NCBI RefSeq assembly: GCF_009914755.1
Contig: NC_060926.1
Length of the DNA stretch: 64,000 nucleotides
Origin: the human T2T-CHM13v2.0 reference genome, Homo sapiens
Strand: one strand, 5' to 3'
Part shown: piece after piece, positions 42,963 through 58,039 of the stretch
How positions within the stretch are numbered: position 1 is the first letter of the stretch
Layout: each line of letters begins with the position of its first letter
Position numbers and translations under genes: made by a program
The notes under the pieces: generated by a model
The model's database searches: none
What the model saw: the letters and a program-made list of their open reading frames with translations, nothing else
What the model was told of the DNA's origin: nothing

Positions 42963-43509
42963 TAGTTCCTTTTTGAAAGCAGTGCATTCTCACTCGCAGC
43001 ACTTTGCCCGGTAACAGAACAACATTCAAAGGCCTTATCTAGGTCTTTCACTTTTCCTTTTTCCTCCCAAACCAGTAGTCCACCTAACTCTGATCCTTCT
43101 TCTTCCTTCTCTACTCATTAGGTATTTCTCCCAGAAAGTTCCCTGAAGCACTTCTAATCCTTTACTTTGCAAAGATTCTGCCTCATTATTCACTTGTTGA
43201 CAAAGATCCATCTGGTGATTTTGGAAGGTCAGTCTATTTCCTGTTCCGTCCAAATGGGATCTGTAGTCTAGGATGAATCTTGGGGACATCTGGCAGGCAA
43301 AGGAAGGGTCTAGGAATGTGAGGAGACAGGCTTAAGATCTACTTATTAATTGCCAGTAGAATTCTAGTCATGGATTATTTTTTGTCCTGTTGTAAATGTT
43401 AATAAGTAGCTTTGTTCCAGAAAGTACCTCAGACTTAGGTGGGTTGATAACTGAAGTTGTGACCTCATTTTCTTTCTCTCTAAGCTCCTAATAATTGTAT
43501 CTTACACTT

Positions 43510-43710
43510 GAATTACACTTTCCAGACAACAAAACATTTTACAGGCATTATCTCATTTGAAGCTCATGACAAACTTGTGAGGTCAATAGAACATGTATTA
43601 TCATCTCCATTTTAAAATGAAGAAAACAAGGCTTGGAGATGGTACAGGATGGATGTGCCAGGTCTTGAACCCACAGCTTTTGATTCCAAGGCTAGGGCTC
43701 TTTCCATATT
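43510..43710 (-). mobile_element. MIR
   Basis: attatctcattt..ccattttaaaatgaagaaaacaaggcttggag. Confidence 0.6.
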
Positions 43711-44020
43711 TTATGCTGCCTCCTCATCTGTGGTGCCAGGAGCAATGGGTTAATCTCCAGAAAGTGTTGTGAATAATGCAGAGAATTGCTGCTGTGTATG
43801 TCTTGGACAAAGAATTATTATACTGGCTTCTTGCAGCATTAGAGGGGAACCCAAGCCAAAGCTGCGGCCTACAGGGAGTGATACAGTCCCTTATTTTGCT
43901 AGCTTTGCAGCTGTTGTTAACCAAAAAATAAAATAAAATAAAAATTGAGTGGTGAGGGTAGGGTTGATTATTAGGCCATAAACTGTTCCTCTCCATGGTA
44001 GATAGCCTTTTTTTACTTAC

Positions 44021-44150
44021 TGTCCAGTATTGGTGCACTTCTGTCATTGGTGACCGTCTTCTTTAGTTTCTTCCCTTTGCTGATATCAGAAAGGAGAGCA
44101 TTTCTCCCAGCCTGCTCTGTCTTATTCAAGGTAGGCTTCTCTGTATTGGC
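44021..44150 (-). CDS. WIPF1: WIPF1 exon 3, WH2 actin-binding motif (RNALLSDISKGKKLKKT)
   Basis: Acceptor tccctttcag, donor GTAAGT; 130 nt; translates ANTEKPTLNKTEQAGRNALLSDISKGKKLKKTVTNDRSAPILD. Confidence 0.97.
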
Positions 44151-45265
44151 CTGAAAGGGAGCCATACAAACAAGTAGTCATCTCTTGGGTTAAAATCATG
44201 CATTGTAACACTCGGCTGGGAAAGGTTGGGTACGGGAAGCTTGTTGTTAAGGTTCTTGGTGATAGGTTGTAAATTCTCGACAAGTTTTAGACCCCATATC
44301 TTTCTTTTTAAGATCCAGACGTTTGGAAGCAGATGCAGCAATAAATTATGTTCATTTTTAAGGGAGGAAGAGTCAGTCCTTGATTAAAGTCTCTGAAAAT
44401 TCAGACCACAATCTGACTGAAACTAACAGGGCCAGGTTAGGGTGAGATGACTAGACACGAGAAAAGAATTTTAAGTCTGGGAGGATTCTGCAGGACATTA
44501 CCAGACGTCATTCACTAGAGGGTACCCTGAAGAATAACTTCCTTTTCCCATCTTTTAGAACTACCCCAGTGCAAGGGAAAAACTGTCTCTAGCAAAAAGA
44601 GTCAGCTGTATGTTTTTTAAACCCACTAAAGTTCTAGAAAATAATTCCCTCTGTGTATATTGCCAAAGATGCTTTTTTTCTCTTTTTAAGTCAGATTTAT
44701 TAAGGTGTAATTTACATATAGTGAAATCACCCTTTTTAGTTACAGCTCTATGAGTTTTGACAAACATATACAGTTGTGAAACCACCGTCACAATCAAGAT
44801 ATAGAATATTTTCATTACTTCAAAAGTTCCCTCATGTCCTGTTGGCATGAGGTGTTTCTGATGTTTAATTCTGATGAAAGCTTAGCTCATGGAAATTGTG
44901 GAATGGACAAAAATGCTGCTTTAACATGTCTGATTATTTTCTTATATTTCCAGAATTCCTAGGAAAGATCCCTACCTACTATGAAATTGGGATCTTGTTC
45001 CTTCAGGGAGTTGGGGACACTAAGAGACCAGCAAATGGACTTAGATGTAGGCACCTGCCTGTGTGCCTGTGTCTATCACACTTGGAAACTGGCTAGGTCT
45101 TGTCTGTCTCAGGGAGAGTCTGGCTGCCCCAAACCCACAGGTCCTTTCTAGGCTGGCCCCAGCCCTTCTGACAGGGATATGATTTCAGATTTGCCAGTTA
45201 GGGCCACAGGAGGAAAAGCTGGGGAAATGTATGGCTCAATACCTTACCCAGCCTTTAAAAAACAA

Positions 45266-45433
45266 TTTTTTTTTAGAGACAGAGTCTCATTATGTTGCCT
45301 AGGCTGGAGTGCTGTGGCTATTCACAGGTGTGATCATCATGCAATACAGCCTCGAACTCTTGGGCTCAAGTGATCCTCCTGCCTCAGCCTCCTGAGTAGT
45401 TGGGATTACAGGCACGAGCTACTGCTCCTGGCC
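45266..45433 (-). mobile_element. Alu monomer (FAM/FRAM-like)
   Basis: Single arm with 7SL-like ctattcacagg segment. Confidence 0.8.
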
Positions 45434-45569
45434 TAACTCAGCCTTTTATTAGCAGAGTTAGAGGCAAAGGAAGAACTCAGAAAAACCCTGAAGTAGGCTA
45501 ACCAGAATTGCAGTGGTAAAGTTGGAAGCATCTTGAAATAACTAAATGATGAAGTATTACTTGCTTATG

Positions 45570-45770
45570 ATAATAATAGTTAACATATACTCTGTGCCAG
45601 GCACTGTTTTCAGCACCTTATGTGTATTACTTCATTTAGCCCTTATCAACCCTGTGAGTTATTATTTCCATTTTACAGACAAGGAAACTGAGGTATAGGG
45701 AGTTTAAATCATTTGCCCCAGGCACCTAGTTAGTTGAGGAGGAGCTGGGATTCAAACCCTGGCAGTCAAG
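45570..45770 (-). mobile_element. MIR
   Basis: tgtgccaggcactg..ccattttacagacaaggaaactgagg..gggattcaaaccc. Confidence 0.75.
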
Positions 45771-46408
45771 AGCCTTCCCTACAAGCTGATAGAAGGATAA
45801 ATGTGGGCTCTAAAATGCCCCTCCCCATCCAGCCCCAACACACCGCTGAAGCATGCTTGTTAAAAGTTTCTCTGCTGTCCTTCCAGAAATGCTCTCTGCA
45901 TACACAGTTTGCTTTTGCTAATGGGATTCTCCTCTATTGTTCTGCAACTTGTTTGTTTTCAACTTAACATACTTTGGATGTCCTGGAAAAGAGCTCTTAA
46001 CATTACCTGCTGTCTTCATTTTAAGGATGAAAAAACTCTGAGGCCTAGAGAGGTTAAGTGATGTGTCACACTGGATCTCTTAACAGTTTTGGGTCAGCAA
46101 CCTTCAGTAGCCTCCTGTTCTGCCTCAAAATTTATTTTGACAGCTGACCTCCCTGGGTGCTAACTTCTCTCATGTTCAGGGCCCTTAATTATGTTGTTTC
46201 ACAAGGGCAGTGTTCTATGATGGCCACCAACCCACCTTTTCCCTTTCTTCATCTCTATATTCTATTTATCCAAAATCTTGCTTTGAATTAGGTAACAACG
46301 GATAGAAATGAGTTGATAAGATAAGCAAGGTTTCCCAAACTTCAAGCATTCTGGTATAAGATTCATGATTTTTGTCATCTTCTCATACCACCTGTGTTAT
46401 TTATTTAA

Positions 46409-46802
<394 letters not shown>

Positions 46803-47340
46803 AAGGACCAGTCTTTTGAAAAATATTTTCATCAGGAACTGACGCTTTTGTAAAATAACAATGAATTATTAGAAAAATGAATTAGTTTTTTAAAAAAGAC
46901 ACACAACATCCAATCTTAGAAACAGAAAACTACTGTCAAATTGCTAGAAATGCTTCTAAATGCTTACTTTCAACTTTTGTCCTCATCACTTTGGGGACTC
47001 TTAAAAAGCAGTTGGAAGGCCACACTCTGAGTAACAATAAGCTAATTAATAGGCAGTTCTTCTCACTAGGTTTCAACCTCAGATGAGTTATATAAATGTG
47101 TCTCATGGAAACCTGGGGCAAGAAACTTTCTCTCCAAGCCTCAGTTTCCCCATGTGAAAATGGTGAAAATGAAGGAACCATCAGTGTGAGGCTCCTCCTC
47201 AGTGAAGGCTTCACAAGCTGGAGAGGGCTTTGTAACAGAGCGTATCTTGGGGCCTTTCCATATGACCAAGTGGAGAGTTGCCAAATTCCTGAAGAGGGCA
47301 CACTAACTTCCCCAAAGAGGTCTATCAAAGGAGCAGGATG

Positions 47341-47628
47341 AGCCGGGCACAGTGGCTCACGCCTGTAATCCCAGCACTTTGGGAGGCCGAGGTGGGTGGA
47401 TCAACTGAGGTTAGGAGTTCAAGACAAGCCTGGCCAACATGGTGAAACCCCGTCCATACTAAAAATACAAAAATTAGCTGGGCATGGTGGTGCTTGCCTT
47501 TAGTCCCAGCTACTTGGGAGGCTGAGGCAGGAGAATCACTTGAACGGGAGGTGGAAGTTGCGGTGAGCTGAGATCGTGCCATTGCACTCCAGCCTGGGTG
47601 ACAGAGCGAGACTCAAAAAAAAAAAAAA
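47341..47628 (+). mobile_element. Alu (AluSx-like)
   Basis: Full dimer; TSD caggatg. Confidence 0.92.
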
Positions 47629-48233
47629 GACCAGGATGAATCCACTGAAGAAATTCTTTCAGGAAATAAACATCTAAATGCCTAAATGCAAGTATAGATT
47701 TAAAGGAGGATGTGAATGTGTATGGCAGAGGTGGTGGAGGGAGATATTTGTCAAAAACAGATTGGGAAGAAGAGGGGAAAAGGCAGAAAAAAAGAAAGGA
47801 GTGAGACCGGAAGACACTTTAATGGAATGCACTGCAGGCAGAGACCTGGGTTTCTAGACCGTCCAGCCCAGAAGTTAAAGGCCAGACATTGAGTTCATCT
47901 GAATGAAAACAGTGCACACTGGTCTCAGAACTGATCCTGCAAACCCTATCTTGGGCCAGCACATGTCCCTGCGCAGATGCGGCAGAAAACACCTCATCAG
48001 CCACATTCCACCCTTGTACTATCCATCACACGAGACCTTAAACAAACAAAACCCTTCGTGTTGTTTGTATTTGCTGGGTTTCAGGATTTGGCTTACCCTG
48101 GGCACTGGGAAAGCCTGTTGTATCACATGTGAGCCAGAATGCAAACACATTTAATACAAACACATGCACGCCAGGTTTTGGCTTCATTTGGCTTGCTTTA
48201 TGCATAGAAAGTGTTTGGGGAGGAGACACTCAC

Positions 48234-48284
48234 CAGTGCAAACGTCGGGGGCGGCGGGGGTGCTGGAGGGGGAGGGACAGGCAT
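48234..48284 (-). CDS. WIPF1: WIPF1 first coding exon (exon 2; whole exon 48234-48322 including 38 nt of 5' UTR), MPVPPPPAPPPPPTFAL
   Basis: ATG at 48284-48282 in CCCAAG-ATG context; acceptor AG at 48324-48323; donor GTGAGT at 48233-48228; 51 coding nt. Confidence 0.97.
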
Positions 48285-49714
48285 CTTGGGCAGTTATGCG
48301 TTCAACAGTCTTGCTGATAAATCTGGAAAAACAAGAATGCGATCATGTATTAGATGTAATCTTAGTAATACTGTCCTAATCTGTCTTCACTTTCCCACCA
48401 AAGTGACAGCTCCACCTAGCTCAACTCTTAGAAGAGATGGGCTTACCTTTACACCTCACTGCTAAAACATTACTGTTCTGGAAGGATCCCGGCAGAGGGG
48501 CTTCTGACCCGAGGTGCTTGGAGAGAATGGAGGCCACATCCAGTGCCTTACTCGGCTCCATTCCCCCACCCACTACAGTAGGCCATGACCGACCCAGGTG
48601 GGCCCAGTTAAGCAGGAAGGTCTCACACAACTGCTAGGATGTATCCTGGCCAAGTTTCACTGAAAACAAATTCACTTCAAGTGGCTTCTCCTCTTCGCTA
48701 ATTTCCATGACAATCCTTTCATGCTCTCCCACCCCCTCTGGCTTTCTCCTCCCATTCTTCCTGACATTCGCCAAGTCTGTGTGTGCACTGCAGGAATATG
48801 AAAATGAATCTACTTCTAGTCCCGCCCTCAAAGTTCCTAGTCCTCCAGGGAGAGGGCATGGAGAATGTCAGGTGGAAAGCAGGGAGCAGCAGCTGAGGCG
48901 GGGTGGACGTGTGGGGGGTCAACCTTATGTTTGGAGCACTCAAAGACCAGCCATCCCTATCTCTGTGCTCCTTAGCATTTCCTCAGAGGATCTAAGCGAA
49001 AACAGAGCGGGCATGAGAAGTCAGACCTAGGACTCCCAGGCTGTTTACCAGAAATGCATTTCATTTAGAAGAGCCTGTCTTAGCTTTGTTTGGGTAAAAA
49101 ATTATATATAAATAAAATAAAAAAGAAGAGCCTTTCTGCAGAGTGTGCTTGCTCTGAAAACAAAGGGAAGACCAGATTCCGTAGCTGGGTAGGAAAGTTT
49201 AGGGACCCCAGGTGGGTGAGGGGGCAGGGCGGAGAGGGCAGCCTGGCAAACACCAGGGCCAGGAGAGACGATGGCCAGGAAGTGCCTGGTGAGTTACACC
49301 AGCCAGGAGCCCTCTCCCCATTTCCTCTAATCCTTGCAGTCCTGTTCCTTCGCCTCACTAGAACCCCTGCTCCCTCTGCCCTGTCTAGGACAACGCCTCA
49401 CCCACTGTTCTCATCCCTAAGCAATGCCAGCTTCTCCCACCCCATCCTTGCTACACAAACTGTGGTCCTGGATAGGCAGCGTGGGCACCACCCAGAAGCT
49501 GTTAGAAATGTCAACTCCCAGTCCCTTTTGCCCCCAGCTGAATTCGTTTCAGCATTTTAACAAGATCCCTGGGTGATTCATACGCACTAAAGCCCTATGT
49601 AGAGATCGAGCCTTAAGCCAGCGGGCAGTCTGGGTCACTGGCCACCTGAATAACATTATTTCTACAGGACATGTGTCCCAAATTTTAAACTGCAGAATTA
49701 TATTTCTTTAAAAA

Positions 49715-50026
49715 ATTTTTTTAAATTTTTTTTTGGAGATGAGGTCTTGCTCTGTCACACAGGCTGGAATGCAGTGGCATAATCATAGCTTACTGTTGCC
49801 TCAAATTCCTGGGCCTAAGCAATCCTCCTGCCTCACTCCTGAGTAGCTTAGCTAGGACTGCAGGCATATGCCACCACGCCTGGCTAATTTATTTTTATCT
49901 TTTATTTTTGTTGTGATGGGTCTTGCTATGTTGCCCAGGCTAGTTTTGAACTCCTGGCCTCATGCGATCCTCCTGCCTTAGCCTCCCATAGTGCTGGGAT
50001 TACAGGTGTGAGCCACTGTGTCAGGC
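49715..50026 (-). mobile_element. Alu (AluJ-like)
   Basis: Full dimer. Confidence 0.9.
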
Positions 50027-52609
50027 TTTTTAAACTCCCAATAGTCCCTTAATTGCAAAAAACAATTTCTTAGAATTTAAAATATTCATTTAGTTCAACC
50101 ACTACAAGTTAATGTGGAAAACTGAAACCTAAACAAATACTTTCTATTGAGATAATGCTAAATGGCTTGCTTTCTGTGAACAGAAATGGACTGGAGAAGC
50201 TAAAAAAGACACTGCTGGACTTGTCACAGCCGCCGGGAAACAAGAATTAAGACAGTTCGGAAGAGTCCCATTCAAAGTGGGCGGTCTAGAAAATGAAAAT
50301 TTTAAATTCCACAGCAGCAACAGCAGCTCTCATGTATGGAGAATCTGCTGGATCCAGGGCTCTATCCTTGCGTGGTCTCTGACTCCTAAGACAGCGGAAG
50401 CCAGCATCGCTGTGCTCATTTGATAGACTCAGAGAAATTAAATCACTCCCTAAAACACCCTGAAGCAATTCATTCAGTCATGTCCTTTTGCTTCCTGCTC
50501 TTCTGCTGGATAACACTGCCTCACTCACTCACTGCCCTTTTAATGGTCTGATAAACACTTTCAGGCAGGCGAATTAGTGCCACAGCTCACCTGTTAACTA
50601 GGCTGGAATCTGTTTTCAGTAAGAGACTGTCTCAGGCAAGGATTCTTTTAAAGTCTGTTTCTTAAATTGCTCTTTCTGGCATGACATCAATTAGTCACCC
50701 ATAGGGCCACATGGGCATTGTGAGCAGGACTGGGTGCCTGTGTTAGGGGGTCCTCCATCAAGGGGCATCTCCAGCGGCACATTCAGAGGCCTTGGAGTCA
50801 GACGTCTCCTAGGACCAGCAGGAACGAAAGGGATCTGATTCAGGCCTGACTACTGCGAAAGATGCTGGAGCCAAATCAATGGTATGATCAGAGTTGGGAA
50901 AGGCTTACCAAGGAAGGGGGATAGCCTGGTCTGCCCGGTGGGCCCAAGAGATGGGCTGTGGGAACAGTGCATCCACGTGCTTGGTTGATGAAAAATCCCT
51001 CAAGACTATTTTGTCTGACTCCACGTTCACCGATTAACTTTCTGTCATTCTGTGATCCTAATATCTAGGAAAGGGTGGATATTCTGGTCAACTAACAGGA
51101 ACCTCTTATGGGTATGGTTGTCATGAGTTCGGCTCTCGTAACAGAGATCAAATTGAACTTCTGTCCTGCACAGCTTAGGGGGCAGACTGTGGAATGGGGA
51201 CCCTTTCAGGGGCTGCCACCCTGAAAGGCCTCCTTAATTATTTTACAATTCTCTGTTGCTGCTGTTTTAGTACTGTCTGTGCACTAACTGACTTGTATAT
51301 TAACTTCTGGATGACAGCTCCAGGGAGGGCGTGTTAACTTCATGGTCCAGAGGGCTAGTGTGGGAGAAATGGCAACAGTCATGGCTGGGGCCAGAGCCAA
51401 GGCCAGATTGCAGAAATTAGCAGGCAAAAACAAGGTTCAGGGAGCAAGATGCTATTAAAGGGTCTGAGGTATTGAAAGAAGTGCTGCCTTTCCTTCCTGG
51501 CCACTTCAGATGGACAGTGGGGAGAGGGTCTACGGGTGAGGGCTCTCACTTTTTAGAGGGTGATGCAGAACTAAGTGCTCTTTCCTCTCTTCCTCTGCGA
51601 ACTTGTTTGCATGGCTTGCTTTCCCTGGCCCCATCTCTCACTCCCCTCCAGATTAACTGTCCCTTTCCAATCTCAATGGTAACACAGATGAGGGAGGCTG
51701 CCATGTCCTCTCTCCTCCCTTCTAGCTGAACAACTGCTGGGCACGGTCTGGACTTCTCCAGGCTGGGGCCTCAAGGGAAGTGTGTGAGAAACCCCAGACT
51801 CCAATACTGCCACCTCACTCAGCCCCTGGATCAAAGACCAAGCTCGTGTGCCCCAACACTGGGCCCACCGGCCACACCAGGCCCACTTCTTGGCTGTCTT
51901 TCCACCAGCCTATGGACTCCATGGGGTCTTGCCAATACCTGGCACAAAGTAGGGTTCTTACTAAATATATATGCAGTGAAAGAACTGTGTATCACACAAA
52001 CAAGCCGAGTGCTTGCCACTTGAAGGGCTCCCAGCATCACCCCACCGCACTGTGAGATCTGGGCAAAAGAATCAGCCCTATTTCAGAGGGGCTTGCTAGT
52101 GTTGCAGACTGGAACTTACTTTCCTGGCAGCCTCCAACTTCCCCAGAGAAGTAGAGCCCCAAGGCCCTGGGAGAGGAGGGCTTCCCTCCTCTCATGGACT
52201 TGACAGCCCACATCAGAGCCACAGCCAGATCTTACTGAAGGCCTTGGCCCTAGAGCACGGATCCTAACAGACCAGGCATTCCTGCCTGGATCCTCACACC
52301 CAGAGTCTGTGGATAGAATTCAAGGGTTCATGAACTTGTATGAAAAAAAAGTACATATTATTTCTACTAAGCACTAACTGAAATGTAGCATTTCCTTTGA
52401 TTATGAATGCAGGCCACAAACCATAATATCTGATATTCTTTCACCCATAGTTTTCACGTGATATTTTCACATCATATTACAACTACACACCAACAATTTT
52501 CAACATGCTGGCAACGTTTAGATCCATTGCTAGATCTTGTTGTTTAAACCATTAATAAAGAAGTACATATTTTAATAAATTAGTTTCCTTTGTAATTCTC
52601 TGTATTTTA

Positions 52610-52795
<186 letters not shown>

Positions 52796-53637
52796 AATTA
52801 AAATTAAATTTTTTAAAAAAAGGAGTCCTTTGGGCTTTACCAGTGGGTTTATAGAATGAAAAAGGGAGAACATGAGACCTTGGTCAGGCAAATTTGGTTC
52901 TGAATCCTTGCTCTGCCACCTGGCAGATTCAGATGGGAATTTGTTTTTCCCATCTGTTAAATGGGAAGTTGCTGAGCAGATTAAATGAAATGGTGTGTGC
53001 AAGGCTTTCAGCATGGCCTGGGGGAGCAAAGCTGTCAGTGGACAGGGCTTAGCTCTGTCCTTCAGAGGGTGAGGATGGGTCCTGCTGGTACAAGCTGCTG
53101 AGTGCCTGGCAGAGGAGGGATGGACCTGGAGGCTAGTCTGAGGGGCCACAGCTTTGCTCAGTGGCTGTGGGTGGATCTGCCTGGGTGGGAATGAGGCTGA
53201 CTGATGACTGGGCCTCCCAGCATTTGGTTCTTCCCTTGGAGATGGGAGCATGGCAGGAAAGGCAGCTGATTCGGGTGCAGGAGAGACCCAAGAAGGGAAG
53301 GGACTCAGCAGCAGTTTCCCAGTGTGGTCAGTCATCTCCTGCATCAGAATCTGCTGTGCCTGTGTCCGGCTTCCCAGACTAGTTGGGCTCTCAGTAGTGT
53401 CGGATCACATGCCTACCCACTTGCTGGGCCTTGCCCTCCTACCCCACCCCAACCCAAGCAATGAACTTTTAAGAAGTCACACTTTTCAGAATTAATTTCT
53501 TTTTAAGAATAATTTCAATGTTAAGTAACTTTCATGATAGAAAAGCCAGACTTTCTAAAATCTTTACTTGGTGTGTTGACTTCTACAAACACAAAGAAAA
53601 CTCAAGGGACAGAAAAGGCTTTTGTTTTCACATACAG

Positions 53638-54027
53638 TATTACGGTCTGAACTATGTCCCCTGCAAAAGTGATATGCTGAATTCCTGACCCTCAGGACCT
53701 CAGAAGGCAACTGTATTTGGAGATAGGGTCTTTAAAGAGGTGATTAAGCTAAAATGAGGCCATTGGGTGAGATCTTAATCCAATTTGACTGGTGTCCTCA
53801 TACAAAGAGGAAGAGACATCAGGCATGTGCTCACACAGAGGAAAGTCTTCAAGTGAAGACGCAGTGAGAAGGTGGCAAACCAAGGAAAGAGGCTTCAGAA
53901 CACACCAAACCTGCCCACATCTTGATCTTGGACTTCCAGCTTCCAGAGCTGGGAGAAAACAAATTTCTGTTATTTGATCTACCCAGGCTGTGGTATTTTA
54001 TTATGGCAGTCCTAGCAAATTAATACA
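53638..54027 (+). mobile_element. MLT1A/B-type MaLR solo LTR
   Basis: tgtatttggagatagggtctttaaagaggtgattaag...tggacttccagc...tgtggtattttattatggcagtcctagcaaattaataca. Confidence 0.85.
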
Positions 54028-54383
54028 CATGGTTTTAACAACATACGTTTGTCTATTATCCATTGTGGAAACAATAAGATAATGGCCTTTGAATAAACTA
54101 TCCATCAACTGATTTCTCAGCAAGATATTTCTGGATTGTCATACGTTAAAAAATTTAAAAATCAGCCAGAACCCTAGAGTATGTAAGTGACTGCCAAAGG
54201 TTTATTTAATAAGTGAATGAATCATTCAAAAATAATGAAATTTTAGGTGAAAATAGCTGAAGTAAGGGGAGGGATCTAGCAATAACCCTTTCGTAAGGAA
54301 CTGGCTTTATGGGTTGAGAGAACAGAGTGAAATAATTTGCATAAATGACTTTAAAAATTTAATTACTGTTTCTTCTTTGTTGC

Positions 54384-54385
<2 letters not shown>

Positions 54386-54416
<31 letters not shown>
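54386..54416. repeat. (AC)n microsatellite
   Basis: Direct reading. Confidence 0.9.
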
Positions 54417-54418
<2 letters not shown>

Positions 54419-55244
54419 ACCCCAACATTTAGAAATTCTGGACTTCCTAGTTCATTCTGTGAATGAAATGGCTGGCATCGTTTGTCTTACTAGAATGCTA
54501 TTAGGTCAACATCATGGTTTAACACTTACATTTAGACAACATTCACTGATCCCAGATCAACTAGGGCATCTTGCAGCCTCGACTCACTTGTTAAACATGC
54601 AATGTTCGCTACAACGAGCACTGTGAGAGAAAGAGAACTGCTCAGCCCACTCCCAACAGTACAGGGGACACATTCTCCTCAATGGCATGGCCAACTAGAG
54701 GTCAACCATAGCTCACAGTTCAGTCCAGACGTGCCCCAGGAAACTCAGGGTTTCTTCTTCAATGTGCTCATCTAGGAAAGCAGACTCATCCCTGAATGTA
54801 AAATGATTGCCTTCCTTGGGATCAAGAAAGTGGGGTAGTTATTTAAATAAGCTGTTTCTTAGTTTCATAGCCAACTTACAATTAATTCTAGATTGCACTG
54901 CCTAGGGCCCACACTACAGAATGACATGAGGTGGGGAGTGATTCCTAATAGTCCCCAGTGAACACAGTTGACAATCCTCCAAAGGCCGGTCTCTAATCCC
55001 AAGTGGGCAGGGGTTCTATTAGAGAAGATAAGAAGCAGCTTTATCCAATTACATTTATCATTAATTTGGACTATTCAAAAATATAAAGCATTTTGCTCTA
55101 TAAATGTTGCTAAAAGTAACCCTTAAATACTATCATACTTAAAATGAATGGTGGAATATTAAACTTCTTTTCCCCAAAAAGATTGAATCAATAGAGGAAT
55201 ATTTTATTTGCTGGGGGTGGGGGAGGGTATCAGAAATAATATAA

Positions 55245-55612
<368 letters not shown>

Positions 55613-57386
55613 AACTCATTTATATTTTACTTTATATATAATGCTCTTAACTCATTTTCATCTATGTATTTCTTGAGTGCTTTTGGCATCTTCAGGTTAG
55701 TTTTTTGTTTGTTGTTGTTTTCTTCAAGATTTCTTTTTTTTCTTTTATATTGTAGAGAATACAAAAATATACAAAGATGAAAAAAAAAAGCACTGAAGTT
55801 GTATTTAACCACTAAAGGAAGCACTGAATAATAATTAATTTTTATATGAAAAAGGGTTGGGGGTAATAACCAGAGGTAACTCTTTGTTATTTTGATACAT
55901 GTCCTTCCAGCTTATAAGTACATGTACATCTCTCTCTCTCTCCCTCTCTCTCTCTGTGTCACACATACACATATACACACAATTGTTTGACAAAAAAATA
56001 TTAACAGAACAAAATTTATAATACATGTAACACAAAAGTGTTTTCCTGAGAAAAGGTTTTTAAATTCATATTGAGTTATTACAACCATAAAAAATAACTG
56101 CAAGGGCATTCATTACAAAGACAGTGAATCCACTCCAAGTCACCCTGCAAAAATAAAATCATCGAGCAAACTCAAATTGCTGCTAAGACGGTGAATTTTA
56201 AAAAGCATGTCGTTTTGGGATTCCTACTCAATTATTCTTGATTCTATTCTTTAGATACTCCTCCATGATGCAAACTTAGCTGGATGTATTTAAGATCTGA
56301 AAACCATTAGAACTAATTAAGATGAATTTGGCTTTGTTCTTCAACTTCCTGTAAAAAATGCTCAACAGGAAAATTGATGCTCGCAGTAAACCACAGTCAT
56401 CCTGTTTCTTTAACACAATCTTTTCACAGCTGCAGTTGCCTGGAGTTTCTATTTTATGACGCGAGTCACTGCAACAGCTCTACCATCCCTTCCCCCCAGC
56501 ATGTGGTCTGGCCATTTTAGAAACTTTCAATACCTTTGCAGAAAGGTTCGTTTCTATTATTGCTACTCTTCCTCTCTCCAAGCTGAAGGTCCTTGCTCAG
56601 AGCAATAAGCCATGGATACAAGAGGGGAAACAGAAAAGGCAGCTGGACTCCAGAGGAAGCAAAAGGCAGAGAAGAGGAAAACAGCTTTATTAGCAAATCA
56701 GCAGCCTCACCCAGTTGGTTCTTATGCATTGTTAGTCTCCATTTGAGCTGAATGTGGAGCACACGCTTGCCATACACAGAATCCCTCATTTCTCAAAATG
56801 TACTGCTCTTTTCTCAGTCAATCATCATTGAAAAACAATACTTCAGCAACGTCTGATTAGGTTGTCTTCTTAATGGTAAATGTCAATTTAAGTCTGCTGA
56901 ACCTAGAAATGCTTCTTTTATAGTTCTTTTAGATAAGGAGGTGATTTATTTTGGCGGGGAGTAGGAAAGGTGTTTTTCAAAGAAGACATTTTGAAGCATC
57001 TCTAACATCACTAAGACTGGCTAGGAGCTTGGACACAATTTTACTGCAAGAGTACTGCTAGGGAAATAAAGGTTGCTATGAAGTAAAATTATTTTTTAAT
57101 CCACTATTGTGCACATTTAATTTTAAAATTAATACAAATTCACAGACATCGAAGACCCTTTTAATAGTGAGAAAATGAAGGTGAGCTGAATGACACGCCT
57201 ACCTGTCATTATTTAACTGAAGGAAAGGGAAAGGAAACATTTTTATTTTATCCATATAATTAAAGAGTAGCAGGTTTTCTCCCATACTTCCCATCTCTTT
57301 AAGGGGTTCAAATCTCCAAGCTAAAATCTGCCTAAATCGCTATCACCACATTTAGTTCTACCAGAGGATTAAGATGTGCCACTGTT

Positions 57387-57418
<32 letters not shown>

Positions 57419-57437
57419 ACACACACATACACACACA
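57387..57437. repeat. Compound (TC)n(CA)n microsatellite
   Basis: Direct reading. Confidence 0.85.
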
Positions 57438-57673
57438 GCATATATGTCAGCACACTTGATATATACTGTATTCATTTTATCATTGAAAGTACAGCTTTAT
57501 GATATAAGCAGAAGTGTCACCAAGTTTACCTCTGAAGAAGTGAAAAGACTTAAAAAGGAAAATATCTTACTTGAGATTGTTAGTTTTAAAGATATTTACT
57601 GTTGCTGTGACATTTAAAGCAAAACATTTGTAATCTCAGATTCCCAAGGCCGGAAAAGCACCTCAAGAAATCA

Positions 57674-58039
<366 letters not shown>

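Noticed and set aside
49090-49560. 156-aa + strand ORF
   Set aside because: Non-ATG start, ends in a MER5-like remnant, antisense within an intron, no domain.
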